DNA of 64,000 nucleotides from a virus, in IMG/VR virus record IMGVR_UViG_3300045988_156843; one strand, written 5' to 3'. Each line of letters opens with the position of its first letter. Positions within the stretch are counted from its first letter, which is position 1. Below, one piece after another: positions 53,089 through 62,332 of this stretch. A program made the translations under genes and the position numbers. A model generated the notes under the pieces. The model ran no database searches. It had not been told where the DNA came from and worked only from the letters and a program-made list of their open reading frames with translations.

Positions 53089-53630
53089 TTTCCAAATAAT
53101 TTATATCCAACTTGAAAATTATATAATGGCTTATTCTGATATATTCCGATGCCTGCTCCAAACGAAAGTGATTTTGGCGAATTAATGGTCAAGTTAATAC
53201 TAGGTATCACTTTAGAATCATAGTTCGAAATTTGAGCGTTTAAATAGCCATTCCACGATTTTTTATAAATAGTTCTTATTTCGGTATTCGTTACCTTTTT
53301 TTCAATTGTCTTATTAAAGACGTTTATCTTTTCTAATGAAGGATTTACACCACGTATCCATGCCTCATATCGCCCTTCCTCTTTGTAATATTTTTCTTCA
53401 ATCGGCAGAGATACTTTATTGGAATCCTTAATATAAACATATAACGTATCAATTATTTTTTTATATTTATATTTAGGAGATTCAATTGTTATTGTATCTG
53501 TTTTATAAATAGTAATGGTATCCGTTTTATAGATAGTTTTCATTGAGGGTTTCGACTGATCTAGAAAGAAGGTTACTATCCATGATAAAACAAGGATACC
53601 AATTACTATATATGGCAAATATTTATTCAT
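53085..53630 (-). CDS. membrane-anchored protein with tandem IYKTDTIT duplication
   Basis: N-terminal TM segment. The two 24-nt copies (53487-53510 and 53511-53534) differ only at synonymous positions. Confidence 0.5.
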   Translation of the reverse strand: MNKYLPYIVIGILVLSWIVTFFLDQSKPSMKTIYKTDTITIYKTDTITIESPKYKYKKIIDTLYVYIKDSNKVSLPIEEKYYKEEGRYEAWIRGVNPSLEKINVFNKTIEKKVTNTEIRTIYKKSWNGYLNAQISNYDSKVIPSINLTINSPKSLSFGAGIGIYQNKPLYNFQVGYKLFGK

Positions 53631-54078
53631 CTAACATAGTATCAATGATATCAATCATATCAACATATATATTACATTCTCTCATACATTGATCTATATC
53701 AGTTCGTGTACCATGAAATATTACTTGAATTAGATTATTAGTCTTTTCAACCAAAGTATGAGCAAATTTATTTTTTAATAGCTCAAGTTCTTGTCTATCT
53801 TTTGAGTTAGATTTACTTTTAGTATGTTTGAAATTATCAATATCTTCATCTATTGATCTTGAATCGTCTTTGGACATATCTGCTAATGGAGCTTTAAACT
53901 TTTCTGCATCATTATATTCGAACCATTTTTGAAAATCATCAAAAGTCTTTGGACTTTGAAAGATAATCTTACCCTCTTTTATCCCTTTATTATATAAATA
54001 AAAAGGTATTTTTAACTTAGTTGCTTCATCATAAGCATTTGATAACAAATGCTCGTTAATCTGCTTTAATGTTTTCAT
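53623..54078 (-). CDS. hypothetical protein
   Basis: 151-aa ORF in the array; no motif recognised. Confidence 0.45.
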   Translation of the reverse strand: MKTLKQINEHLLSNAYDEATKLKIPFYLYNKGIKEGKIIFQSPKTFDDFQKWFEYNDAEKFKAPLADMSKDDSRSIDEDIDNFKHTKSKSNSKDRQELELLKNKFAHTLVEKTNNLIQVIFHGTRTDIDQCMRECNIYVDMIDIIDTMLDE

Positions 54079-54080
54079 TT

Positions 54081-54515
54081 TTAAAGTGTATTTCTTGTTT
54101 GACCATTAATATTTTTTAATTTAAATGTAGCAATAATATATTTAATATCACCATAAAGTTGATCCTCAGAAGGAGTAATCGCTTCAATGAGTATAAAGTT
54201 AACATATTTGTTACGCACATCATCATGATAAATGATTTCTCCGGAACTAATGTATTCTACGAAATTATCGTAAGTTGCTCTACGATTGTCTCCTTTGAAA
54301 ACTAGTGTTAATTCAAGATCAGTATTTTCTCTAATTGGCTTGCTTGCTTGATAATAATTCAATTTATCTGTTTCAGCAAAACTTTCAGTATATACGGATT
54401 TTATTTTCCCGTAATCTGAAAGACCTTTAAATTGTTTATATAGAAGTCCGTTCCAATGATTTTCTATATTATATTCGGTATCCTCACCAACTTTTTTCAT
54501 ATAAAAATTAGCCAT
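54081..54515 (-). CDS. hypothetical protein
   Basis: The track start at 54545 is TTG; the first ATG is at 54515 (MANFYMKK...). No motif firmly recognised. Confidence 0.45.
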   Translation of the reverse strand: MANFYMKKVGEDTEYNIENHWNGLLYKQFKGLSDYGKIKSVYTESFAETDKLNYYQASKPIRENTDLELTLVFKGDNRRATYDNFVEYISSGEIIYHDDVRNKYVNFILIEAITPSEDQLYGDIKYIIATFKLKNINGQTRNTL

Positions 54516-55035
54516 TTGACTCCTCCTTTCCCATATATCTTTCAATTATAACACTTGTATTGATTACATCACCAGTAATCAATGGATCTCCACCATATAG
54601 ATATAAATAACACCGGGAATTTTGTCCTAATTCAATATTAATTTGAGATTTCCCAACAATATAAATTTTACATATAAGATAATCTGCTATTTTAAGAGTT
54701 GTATTTGAATCTATAACACATAGCAAGGTAGTCGATACATCAAATGCATTTTCGTTAAATTCACAAACCATAGCACTAGAATATCCATTGCCCTTAGCAT
54801 TCTTATATTCACAGATATATTTCCCATTTATAAATGGCTTAAATTTCTCTGATATGTATTGTGGAGAAAGTCCCCAACCCTCACTAATGGACTGCGCCAT
54901 ATATGAAACGGCATTTGAGTCGCAAGCAAGTTCGAAAAGTTCTCGTTTGGTTTTATGTTCTGACCATTTATCAGTATAACCTTCACAAAGACTTCTTTTT
55001 ATTGAATTTTCTCTAAATTGTTTTAAATCAGTCAT
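54508..55035 (-). CDS. hypothetical protein
   Basis: 175-aa ORF in the array; no motif recognised. Confidence 0.45.
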   Translation of the reverse strand: MTDLKQFRENSIKRSLCEGYTDKWSEHKTKRELFELACDSNAVSYMAQSISEGWGLSPQYISEKFKPFINGKYICEYKNAKGNGYSSAMVCEFNENAFDVSTTLLCVIDSNTTLKIADYLICKIYIVGKSQINIELGQNSRCYLYLYGGDPLITGDVINTSVIIERYMGKEESNG

Positions 55036-55072
55036 CTTGAAAATGATTAATGCACAAAAATAAATAAATTAA

Positions 55073-55543
55073 TCAACTAGACAAAATTTTGATTGCCTTT
55101 ATTACGTCACGTTTGGATATTCCACGTAAAGCATGAGTTTTTATGAAATGCTTCTTTTGAGAAAGCAACATATCTGAATCATCATCAAGGATTACATAAT
55201 TGGTCACATCTTCATGTTCTTTTAACCATTGATTGATTTCTAAACCACGACATGCAGCATAATGTGTTTCTCTTTCTCCATATTTGAAACCATACATTCT
55301 TGAAGTAATGCCTACAATATATTCGGGATACGGGAAAGGATTATGTCCGTAAACTTTTTCTTGATTTGTGATTTTTTCTAATGTCTGCTCCAAAGTATAT
55401 CTTCTCCAAGAAGAAGAAATCACAATTTTAGCTCCGGTTGCATCACAAATCTGTTTAACTAGTTCGACCTTTTCATTATCAATCGCCCAATTACTTTTTA
55501 ATGTGGTTATCACACCGTCAAAGTCGAGGAATATTATCTTCAT
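55073..55543 (-). CDS. HAD-superfamily phosphatase
   Basis: Has motif I (IFLDFDGVITT), motif II-like (VISSSWR) and motif IV (VILDDDSD). Confidence 0.7.
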   Translation of the reverse strand: MKIIFLDFDGVITTLKSNWAIDNEKVELVKQICDATGAKIVISSSWRRYTLEQTLEKITNQEKVYGHNPFPYPEYIVGITSRMYGFKYGERETHYAACRGLEINQWLKEHEDVTNYVILDDDSDMLLSQKKHFIKTHALRGISKRDVIKAIKILSS

Positions 55544-55544
55544 A

Positions 55545-55937
55545 TCAAATTTTATTAATTTTTGCTTGGTTAATACAATCGGTAGCCCATCCTACAATAT
55601 ATGCACAAGTCTCATCTTCACCAATATTAAATCCCATAGACATTCCTAAATCTTTATGTATTGCAGTAGCTACATGTAATGCTTCATGCGCCATATCCTT
55701 AACAGTCATATACTCCTTTTTTCTAAAAACGACACAGATGCCATAATCACCATTGTCACAGGAAGAGCATCTAAAAGTTATAGCCTTGTTATTATCAAAA
55801 TCCTCTTGACTTATTTTACCATCATCACTTTCCCTATTCTCGAAATTTTCATTAATAAATAAAGCCGAATCTGTAATAACCACATATAACTTTCTTGGAT
55901 ATATATGATTTACAAAACAATGTATTTTATTTTTCAT
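55545..55937 (-). CDS. minimal HExxH zincin-like protein (paralogue-like of 12305..12718)
   Basis: DMAHEALHVATAI is followed by GEDETCAYIVG. The other gene has the same order of elements (SHESGHLADHI ... GEEIQYLGD). Confidence 0.45.
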   Translation of the reverse strand: MKNKIHCFVNHIYPRKLYVVITDSALFINENFENRESDDGKISQEDFDNNKAITFRCSSCDNGDYGICVVFRKKEYMTVKDMAHEALHVATAIHKDLGMSMGFNIGEDETCAYIVGWATDCINQAKINKI

Positions 55938-56193
55938 CTTCTAACAATTTAGAAATAAATATATCTTTTGCCTTAATCATAACATCAGTCGGTATATCAA
56001 ATCTAGTCATTTCTGACATATAATCCCATGCATCTGCTACCTTTGCTATAAGATCATCTTCTACTATAGCTAATGCTCCATATGCTTTACCAATAGACAC
56101 CGCTAAAGAAACATATCCCGTTGTATCCATTCTCTCATTTTTGTTCAAATCTAAAGTATTATCCTCGATATACTTTTTTGCTTTTTTATTCAT
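55927..56193 (-). CDS. hypothetical protein
   Basis: 88-aa ORF directly downstream of the primase-helicase. Confidence 0.45.
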   Translation of the reverse strand: MNKKAKKYIEDNTLDLNKNERMDTTGYVSLAVSIGKAYGALAIVEDDLIAKVADAWDYMSEMTRFDIPTDVMIKAKDIFISKLLEDEK

Positions 56194-56205
56194 AATGTTA
56201 TTCTT

Positions 56206-58317
56206 TTAAAATGGTAATTCATCCGTTGGTTCCGAGAATGGTAAATTATCGCTTGAATATTCTCGTTGATAGCCATTATATATATGATCATTATTTTCTT
56301 TGAAAATAGGAATAGCCGGAGAAGGATTTTCCCAACCATAATGGATATTCTCATTTTCTTCATTCATAAAACGTCTGCTAGGAATATCATAATACATTCC
56401 ACACATATAATCGACAATGCCATACATTCTGTTTTTAGCTACTTCTAATACATTGCCATAGTCCATCATTGCTGTTATCGCTTCTTTTCCAAAAAACTCT
56501 CCCCCTCTTTTTTCAAAATCCTTGTTAACACGATGAATGATAAATACATTAGATGCAGCATTAGTTAAATCAGCCGTACCGCTAATAGAATCCTTTCTTA
56601 AGAAGTCTACCTGTTTTCGTGGATGACATACTAATATCAGATGTATATTGTTCTTCTTAGAAAATTCGCATATCTGCAAAATAAGCTCTTTCTGTTTGTT
56701 ATTCTTATCTCCTTCAAACAGATCAATATCTAGAGTAAAAAGATTATCCAAAATAAGCAACTCTACACCATTGTCAACCATTTCCTTCATATCATTAAAT
56801 AGTTGCGCCCATTTGCTTCCATATTCATTGTTATAAAGGAAAAACTTATCATCAAGCCAATTATCTATCTTATCTATGACAGATGGATTTATATAAAATT
56901 TCCCAATATTCTTTCTTGATTCTAATAAATTCTCCCTTCCGGCTGCAACCATTTCAAGCCATGTTTTTAATACTCCCGGTACAAGTTCTCCACTCCATAA
57001 TGCTGCTTTATGACCATTGTTCACAACATTCAATATCAATGTATTCAACCATGATGATTTACCACTTGAATTAGTACCTGAAAGCAGGGAAACCTCACCT
57101 AAATTTAGTCCTACAATAGCCCTATCTAAAGAGTGAAACCCTGTTTTTAGACTGATGATATTATTCAAATCTATTTTAGGTATATCCTTCATTCTAAACC
57201 ATTTTTTACCTAATTCAGGAGTCTCTTCTTTTACCTTCTGTTCCTTTTTAGACGTATATTGATTTCTTTGATATGGGATAGCAGTATTATGTGCTTGCGA
57301 TTTAATGTCGTAAGCATTAGGTTCAAATTTCAATCTTAAATCTCGCCATGTGTACTGACTACATGAATTATGAAAACATGTAAATCCTATACCATCTTTA
57401 GATACAAAAATAGCTGAATCAGGAGCTTTGTGAGATGGATCAAATGGACATTCAGAAAGGACTATTTTTCTTGTTCCATCGCCCATTGTTATATCCTTAT
57501 GAACTTTTATACCATAATTGGATATAAAATTATCTATATCAAATTGCTCCCTATTCCCTAAATTATACCTATTTATAGGTTCAGTCTTAGGTAACATATC
57601 TGCCAAATTCTTAAATAATGATATATCATTAGACTGTATACATTCAGGTACAACAAGTATTTTGCTTAACCTATGCGGTCTTTTGGGTGTATTTCCTCCT
57701 TTTCTTGAATATGTACCATACAATTTTGTAACTCTTGCTGGATTAAAGACTTTCAAGTCTACATCTACATATTCATCAGTGAATTTACTTCCCAAATATT
57801 TAAGGAAATTAGATAATATCAATGTGTTTTCAGGAGTATTTTCTAATTTATCAACTTTAAACATTAGATGATAACCATTTCCTGACATAGACACTATAGG
57901 AGAAAAGAATCCTCTTTCTCTCAAAAATCTCCTAACAGACAAAGCCATCTGCCTTGCTCTTTCTAATTCTTCATCAGTCGTAGCTATTTCCTTTACACCT
58001 CCTTCTCGTACTGGATCTAAGTCTACTAATACCCAATTCCTATATTTGATATCATTATCTTTTATAGCTTCACAACCCTTAATCATTTTGTTATATTGAG
58101 GGTAGCCATCCATAGCATCTTTTAGTTGATTAAAGATAAAGTAAATATTGTATTTATCATCAAAACGCAATATATTTTCTATTGCCTTATCTGCATCTCT
58201 AAATATGCCGGAATAAATATCATATTTGTTGAGAGGATTGAATAATCTAATCTCAAATAAATCTGTATCAGAATCCCTAAATACAGAAAGAGTCCTTTTT
58301 ATCTCATTAACGTCCAT
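56206..58317 (-). CDS. bifunctional primase-polymerase (AEP) / SF4-like helicase
   Basis: AEP motifs VLVDLDPV (DxD), SGNGYHLMF and NPARVTKLYGT, plus Cys/His cluster CPFDPSHK...CFHNSC. Walker A is SGTNSSGKSS and Walker B is LLILDNL. Ends ...SEPTDELPF. Confidence 0.8.
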   Translation of the reverse strand: MDVNEIKRTLSVFRDSDTDLFEIRLFNPLNKYDIYSGIFRDADKAIENILRFDDKYNIYFIFNQLKDAMDGYPQYNKMIKGCEAIKDNDIKYRNWVLVDLDPVREGGVKEIATTDEELERARQMALSVRRFLRERGFFSPIVSMSGNGYHLMFKVDKLENTPENTLILSNFLKYLGSKFTDEYVDVDLKVFNPARVTKLYGTYSRKGGNTPKRPHRLSKILVVPECIQSNDISLFKNLADMLPKTEPINRYNLGNREQFDIDNFISNYGIKVHKDITMGDGTRKIVLSECPFDPSHKAPDSAIFVSKDGIGFTCFHNSCSQYTWRDLRLKFEPNAYDIKSQAHNTAIPYQRNQYTSKKEQKVKEETPELGKKWFRMKDIPKIDLNNIISLKTGFHSLDRAIVGLNLGEVSLLSGTNSSGKSSWLNTLILNVVNNGHKAALWSGELVPGVLKTWLEMVAAGRENLLESRKNIGKFYINPSVIDKIDNWLDDKFFLYNNEYGSKWAQLFNDMKEMVDNGVELLILDNLFTLDIDLFEGDKNNKQKELILQICEFSKKNNIHLILVCHPRKQVDFLRKDSISGTADLTNAASNVFIIHRVNKDFEKRGGEFFGKEAITAMMDYGNVLEVAKNRMYGIVDYMCGMYYDIPSRRFMNEENENIHYGWENPSPAIPIFKENNDHIYNGYQREYSSDNLPFSEPTDELPF

Positions 58318-59237
58318 TAATCATGATCCCATTTTTGTTGTTCCTTATTCCATACATATTTCCGTCCCTGACAAAATACTGTTGCATTATCCGGTCGAGT
58401 ATCTTTTGTATATCCATCACAAAGATTATCAAAAGCCCACGGATAAAAGCATATATATCTTTGTGATGGCTCATTCCATCGAACATCTGAGCCATTGGTG
58501 TTAGGATGATATTCATTTTCATCATAGTCAGGTTCATCAGTAAATAATTCCCATGAGCGATTATTTATATATGTTTGAAGATTCTTAGGATTAGGATAAA
58601 AAGAATCAGCATCCTTTGCTTCTTTCCTTTTTCTATTTTCAGCATCTATTGCTTTGTTTAGTATTGGAATAACATCATGCCAATCCTTATGCTTCTTTAC
58701 TAATAAATCCAATTCTGTTTTCAGACCTCTTTTAGCACCGGGATATTTTTTTCGAAATTCTTCAAATACTGATTTCTCTTCTTCTGTCGGATAAAAAAGC
58801 ACTTTCTTAGATACGTTAGTATCTTCTTTTATTCCTTCTTTATTTAATTCATGTAAGTTATTAATTATATCTTTATTTAATTGTGGTTGATTTTCCGTAT
58901 GCGGATTTTCCGTATGCGGATTTTCCGTATGCGGATTTTCCGTATGCGGCTCCTCATAAAACATATAATCATTACCCATAAATTTCCCCTTTTCAGTACG
59001 ACATGCTTTTATTGAACAATATCCATTTTCCTTTAATTCAGAAATAATACTATAAATTGAACTTTTCCCTTCCTTCAATATAGCGCATATACCATTAATA
59101 GAGAAATCCCATTCTTCAGGCAATCCCATAACAACTGCTAAAAAACCTTTAGATTTTAGAGATAGTTTTTTATCTCTAAGAAAAACATTGGAGATAGTTG
59201 TATAATTACTATCTTTTTTTCTAAAAATAATATTCAT
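58317..59237 (-). CDS. replication initiator / replisome organiser-like protein
   Basis: N-terminal winged-helix-like domain (YTTISNVFLRDKKLSLKSKGFLAVVMGLPEEWDFSINGI...SSIYSIISELKENGY). A PHTEN x4 linker follows, then a C-terminal domain (FEEFRKKYPGAKRG...) like DnaD/phage conserved C-terminal domains. Confidence 0.55.
   Translation of the reverse strand: MNIIFRKKDSNYTTISNVFLRDKKLSLKSKGFLAVVMGLPEEWDFSINGICAILKEGKSSIYSIISELKENGYCSIKACRTEKGKFMGNDYMFYEEPHTENPHTENPHTENPHTENQPQLNKDIINNLHELNKEGIKEDTNVSKKVLFYPTEEEKSVFEEFRKKYPGAKRGLKTELDLLVKKHKDWHDVIPILNKAIDAENRKRKEAKDADSFYPNPKNLQTYINNRSWELFTDEPDYDENEYHPNTNGSDVRWNEPSQRYICFYPWAFDNLCDGYTKDTRPDNATVFCQGRKYVWNKEQQKWDHD
58891..58950. repeat. four tandem 15-bp repeats (candidate origin iterons) inside the initiator gene
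   Basis: ttttccgtatgcgga x3 plus ttttccgtatgcggc, head to tail. A very A+T-rich stretch lies at 58841-58890 next to them. Confidence 0.85.
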
Positions 59238-59335
59238 AATCCTTAAATTAGATGACCTTAATCTAGTAGAAGTGGGGAAGAGGGATTAAGGAAACCTCTT
59301 TCAAGTGCTAGCTACTTCACTCTATCCCCACTTTG

Positions 59336-59343
59336 CAAATATA
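59336..59343 (-). promoter_or_regulatory. candidate -7 box (TATATTTG on minus strand)
   Basis: Perfect TAnnTTTG about 100 nt upstream of the initiator ATG (59237). Confidence 0.25.
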
Positions 59344-59380
59344 GATATTATTTTGGATAAACCCTTATAGATAACATAAT

Positions 59381-60511
59381 TTAAGCTATAAAAGGACTAT
59401 TCAGCGCAATTTCCGTATCTTCATCCGGATTTTCAATGAATATAGGCTGTCTTTCTCCAGTAACAGCTAATATAACATTCTCAGAATTAATGCCATTTAT
59501 TGTAGAAATTATATATGATATCGTAAAGTCTATAGAAATATTAGATCCTCCATCAGCCTCTATAAAATCTTTCATTTTTATGTTTCCTTCCCAATTCTCA
59601 GAAGAAATATTAAGACCTTTTTCACTAAAGGCAAAATTAACAATTCCTTTGTATTTAGAGTCATGAATATTAGCAGCCTTTTGAAGACAATTCAATATTT
59701 GCTTTTTATTAACTGTAATTTTAAACAAGATCGGATATTTGAGCAATGAATGGAAATTGGGCATTTTATATTCCAATTTTCTGACCATTATCATTGTATT
59801 GTCACAAATAATAATAATATTATTTTCTCCATTTTTAATAGTGACCTTATCTTCTTTTTTTAAGGCTTTTACAATACCACTAAAAGAATTCTTTGGAATA
59901 CCAAACTGAGTTGTGATATTGTTATTTTCCAATTGCATAGAATCATGATACATTTTAAATCCATCTGATGCAAATACATTGACTCTCCCTTCTATGATAT
60001 CAATATTTAGACATCCCATAGAAAGTTTTATATCATCTAAATCACCAAGATACTGGTTGCTATTATTTATCCAATATGAAAGTAAATCAGCTTGAATATC
60101 AAAAGCATCAGACCCTTTATCGCTATTTAATTTCGGATACATATTTGGATCATCACATGGAAAAACTACAGATCCAGTATCTGTGGATATAGTAGATGAA
60201 ATTATTTTTTCTCCTTCTACTGAACTTAATTTCTCTATTACTTCAATAGAAATATATTCATCTGATAGAAGAGATATGTAACTTACAAGATTATTCTTGT
60301 TAATGCAAAAAATACCATTTTCAACATCTGCCTCAACAGGACATACCGTTTTTATAGCATTCTGATTATCATATGATAAGATCCATGCCTTATTCTCCTT
60401 AATTTGAACTCTTATGTCCTCTAATATTGGAAGTATTTTTTTGTTACCGGAGAAGCTACCGCCAATTTCGATAGCTTCTAATAATTGTTTCCTATTAAAT
60501 TTTAGTTTCAT
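59381..60511 (-). CDS. dnaN: DNA polymerase III beta sliding clamp
   Basis: MKLKFNRKQLLEAIEIGGSFSGNKKILPILEDIRVQIKENKAWILSYDNQNAIKT is a typical DnaN N-terminus, and the ~376-aa three-domain length fits. The track start at 60553 is TTG; ATG is at 60511. Confidence 0.8.
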   Translation of the reverse strand: MKLKFNRKQLLEAIEIGGSFSGNKKILPILEDIRVQIKENKAWILSYDNQNAIKTVCPVEADVENGIFCINKNNLVSYISLLSDEYISIEVIEKLSSVEGEKIISSTISTDTGSVVFPCDDPNMYPKLNSDKGSDAFDIQADLLSYWINNSNQYLGDLDDIKLSMGCLNIDIIEGRVNVFASDGFKMYHDSMQLENNNITTQFGIPKNSFSGIVKALKKEDKVTIKNGENNIIIICDNTMIMVRKLEYKMPNFHSLLKYPILFKITVNKKQILNCLQKAANIHDSKYKGIVNFAFSEKGLNISSENWEGNIKMKDFIEADGGSNISIDFTISYIISTINGINSENVILAVTGERQPIFIENPDEDTEIALNSPFIA

Positions 60512-60740
60512 TTTCTTTTGCCTCTTTTTTTTCAGCCAGTTTATATATAACAATCGCAGATAATGCCACTTTTAATTCCATTATACCTTTAATCTTATTA
60601 CCCAATTCATCTATGTCTATTTCCATTTCGCCATTAAATGAATCGATAATATTTACCATTTCTTTATCACCTCCTGATAAAAGAATAAAGCTTTTTATAA
60701 AATCACTATCAATACGAGTTTTTATTACAATTTCATTCAT
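60495..60740 (-). CDS. hypothetical protein
   Basis: The track start at 60776 is TTG; ATG is at 60740 (MNEIVIK...). Confidence 0.4.
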   Translation of the reverse strand: MNEIVIKTRIDSDFIKSFILLSGGDKEMVNIIDSFNGEMEIDIDELGNKIKGIMELKVALSAIVIYKLAEKKEAKENETKI

Positions 60741-60918
60741 CGTTTTTAAATATAAAATTATTACAATAATATCCAATGTATCCCGGTTCTACAAACATAC
60801 CAATTTCTGTGGTTAATTCGTTACTATATTTAATATATACCTGATATCTCATGCATATATCTCTGATTGGACAATTTTCTCCAGTGCAATGTGCTACATC
60901 ATTCATCAGTACCTTCAT
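60733..60918 (-). CDS. small Cys-rich protein
   Basis: 61 aa containing CTGENCPIRDIC. Confidence 0.4.
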   Translation of the reverse strand: MKVLMNDVAHCTGENCPIRDICMRYQVYIKYSNELTTEIGMFVEPGYIGYYCNNFIFKNDE

Positions 60919-60999
60919 TTAATACTTTAACATTGATTAATTTGTCTATGGTATCAATTTTTTTATCAAGATCGCATGCTTTCCTTAAGTTTTCTCTTT

Positions 61000-61164
61000 T
61001 CATTTTTCATCCTCCATAATTATAAAATATACTCCATCAATTTTAACATATGGAATTTTTTTATTCTTAATCCATGATGTTACTGTTTCCCTGACAACTC
61101 CTTTTAGTTCAGCATAATGACGAACTGTTTTTAATTTTGTTATATCTACTTTCTCTATTTTCAT
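61000..61164 (-). CDS. small HTH (excisionase-type) DNA-binding protein, below ORF-track cutoff
   Basis: Hand translation gives MKIEKVDITKLKTVRHYAELKGVVRETVTSWIKNKKIPYVKIDGVYFIIMEDEK*, which fits the HTH_17 pattern (..aa..lgvs..tv..wi..g.ip..kidg...i). Confidence 0.5.
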   Translation of the reverse strand: MKIEKVDITKLKTVRHYAELKGVVRETVTSWIKNKKIPYVKIDGVYFIIMEDEK

Positions 61165-61176
61165 TTTTATTCTCAA

Positions 61177-61359
61177 TTAAAATAGTATTGTATTCCAATA
61201 ATTACGCCAATGCCCGAAACAATCGCATCGGTTTCCATCATTTTCCTTACGGACAAAAGCAAGATTGTTTCTATCAATCAACGGCTTATTGTAAGGATAT
61301 TGTTTTACTCTGATTTTATAGGCTCGTAGAGCAAGCCTACGATTCTTTATTTTATTCAT
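61177..61359 (-). CDS. hypothetical basic protein
   Basis: 60-aa ORF in the array. Confidence 0.35.
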   Translation of the reverse strand: MNKIKNRRLALRAYKIRVKQYPYNKPLIDRNNLAFVRKENDGNRCDCFGHWRNYWNTILF

Positions 61360-61377
61360 CTCTATGTATGTTTTGAA

Positions 61378-61533
61378 TTAATCGACTCTTACAATTTTGC
61401 CACTCTCTAAAATCACATATAACTTGCAGTTGTAATCAATAGAGCTTGCCCATTGATGCGCATATCTTACATATTGATGTAGCTTATATCTGCTTGGGTC
61501 GGAAAGCATCTTTTTTCTAATCCTTTTTTTCAT
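61378..61533 (-). CDS. small hypothetical protein (51 aa, below cutoff)
   Basis: Hand translation gives MKKRIRKKMLSDPSRYKLHQYVRYAHQWASSIDYNCKLYVILESGKIVRVD*. Fills a gap in the array. Confidence 0.3.
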   Translation of the reverse strand: MKKRIRKKMLSDPSRYKLHQYVRYAHQWASSIDYNCKLYVILESGKIVRVD

Positions 61534-61546
61534 TACTTTCTTGTTA

Positions 61547-61825
61547 TTAGTCAATTCTAAATTTCTGATTATGCAGATGTAACATAAGCCCTAAATATTC
61601 TTCCCACTCATCATGGGGTAAAGTTATATGGCATCTGAATTTGTCACAACAATAAGGGCATTCGTGTAGAACCATCATAGCGCCCTGCACTTCGGCAATT
61701 CCTACAATGTTATGTCCATGTTCCGTAGACTTGCATTGACATTTAAGCATTGGTTCATATCTGTATTCTTCCCATTGAGGGATAACAGGGATATTGTATT
61801 GTTCATTTCCAAATATTATCTTCAT
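61547..61825 (-). CDS. Cys/His-rich hypothetical protein
   Basis: Contains CQCKSTEHGH...HECPYCCDKFRCH. Confidence 0.45.
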   Translation of the reverse strand: MKIIFGNEQYNIPVIPQWEEYRYEPMLKCQCKSTEHGHNIVGIAEVQGAMMVLHECPYCCDKFRCHITLPHDEWEEYLGLMLHLHNQKFRID

Positions 61826-61842
61826 ATTTTTATTGTTTTACG

Positions 61843-62124
61843 TTAAATACTAATTGCTTTAAACTCTTGTGGTGAAATCATCTTCTTTGATTTCACAGAA
61901 GAAAAAAACACTTCCGCAGGACAAACACATTCAGGCATTCCTCCTATATTGCAATCATCGGGAATAGTTGTCAATATACATAAACCATCTGCGGGCAAAT
62001 GTTCACAACTTACTCTATCATCCCACTCAATGTACTTTTGTGCTTCCTTTGCGAGAGCTTCACATCTATGCCTATAATTTATGTAGGCATCATCCGCATC
62101 TTTCAGTAACTTAGATATATTCAT
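61843..62124 (-). CDS. hypothetical protein
   Basis: 93-aa ORF in the array. Confidence 0.45.
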   Translation of the reverse strand: MNISKLLKDADDAYINYRHRCEALAKEAQKYIEWDDRVSCEHLPADGLCILTTIPDDCNIGGMPECVCPAEVFFSSVKSKKMISPQEFKAISI

Positions 62125-62305
62125 TTCTATTTTTATTCGATATAAATTCCTGATAAGCTTTTTCTAATTCCTCGCAATCATATACAGGTTCTTCACTTTC
62201 ACCCATTACAATAGTCCAGCATTGGGATGAATGTCTTGTATAAACATTTTCGCTCGTCTCAACAGTATGGGACACAAACTCTCTTATTTCTTCTATTTTA
62301 ATCAT
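62111..62305 (-). CDS. hypothetical protein
   Basis: 64-aa ORF that overlaps the next gene. Confidence 0.4.
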   Translation of the reverse strand: MIKIEEIREFVSHTVETSENVYTRHSSQCWTIVMGESEEPVYDCEELEKAYQEFISNKNRNEYI

Positions 62306-62332
62306 ATCTTTCTTACTTAGTATTGAGCCTTT

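Noticed and set aside
54081-54515. Distal tail protein (Dit)-like call for this 144-aa ORF
   Set aside because: There is only a vague beta-rich resemblance, and it sits in the early/replication-side array far from the tape measure. This is insufficient support.
58891-58950. Four 15-bp direct repeats as a mini CRISPR array
   Set aside because: The repeats are contiguous with no spacers, far shorter than CRISPR repeats, and in frame within a coding sequence (PHTEN x4). I interpret them as iterons or linker repeats.
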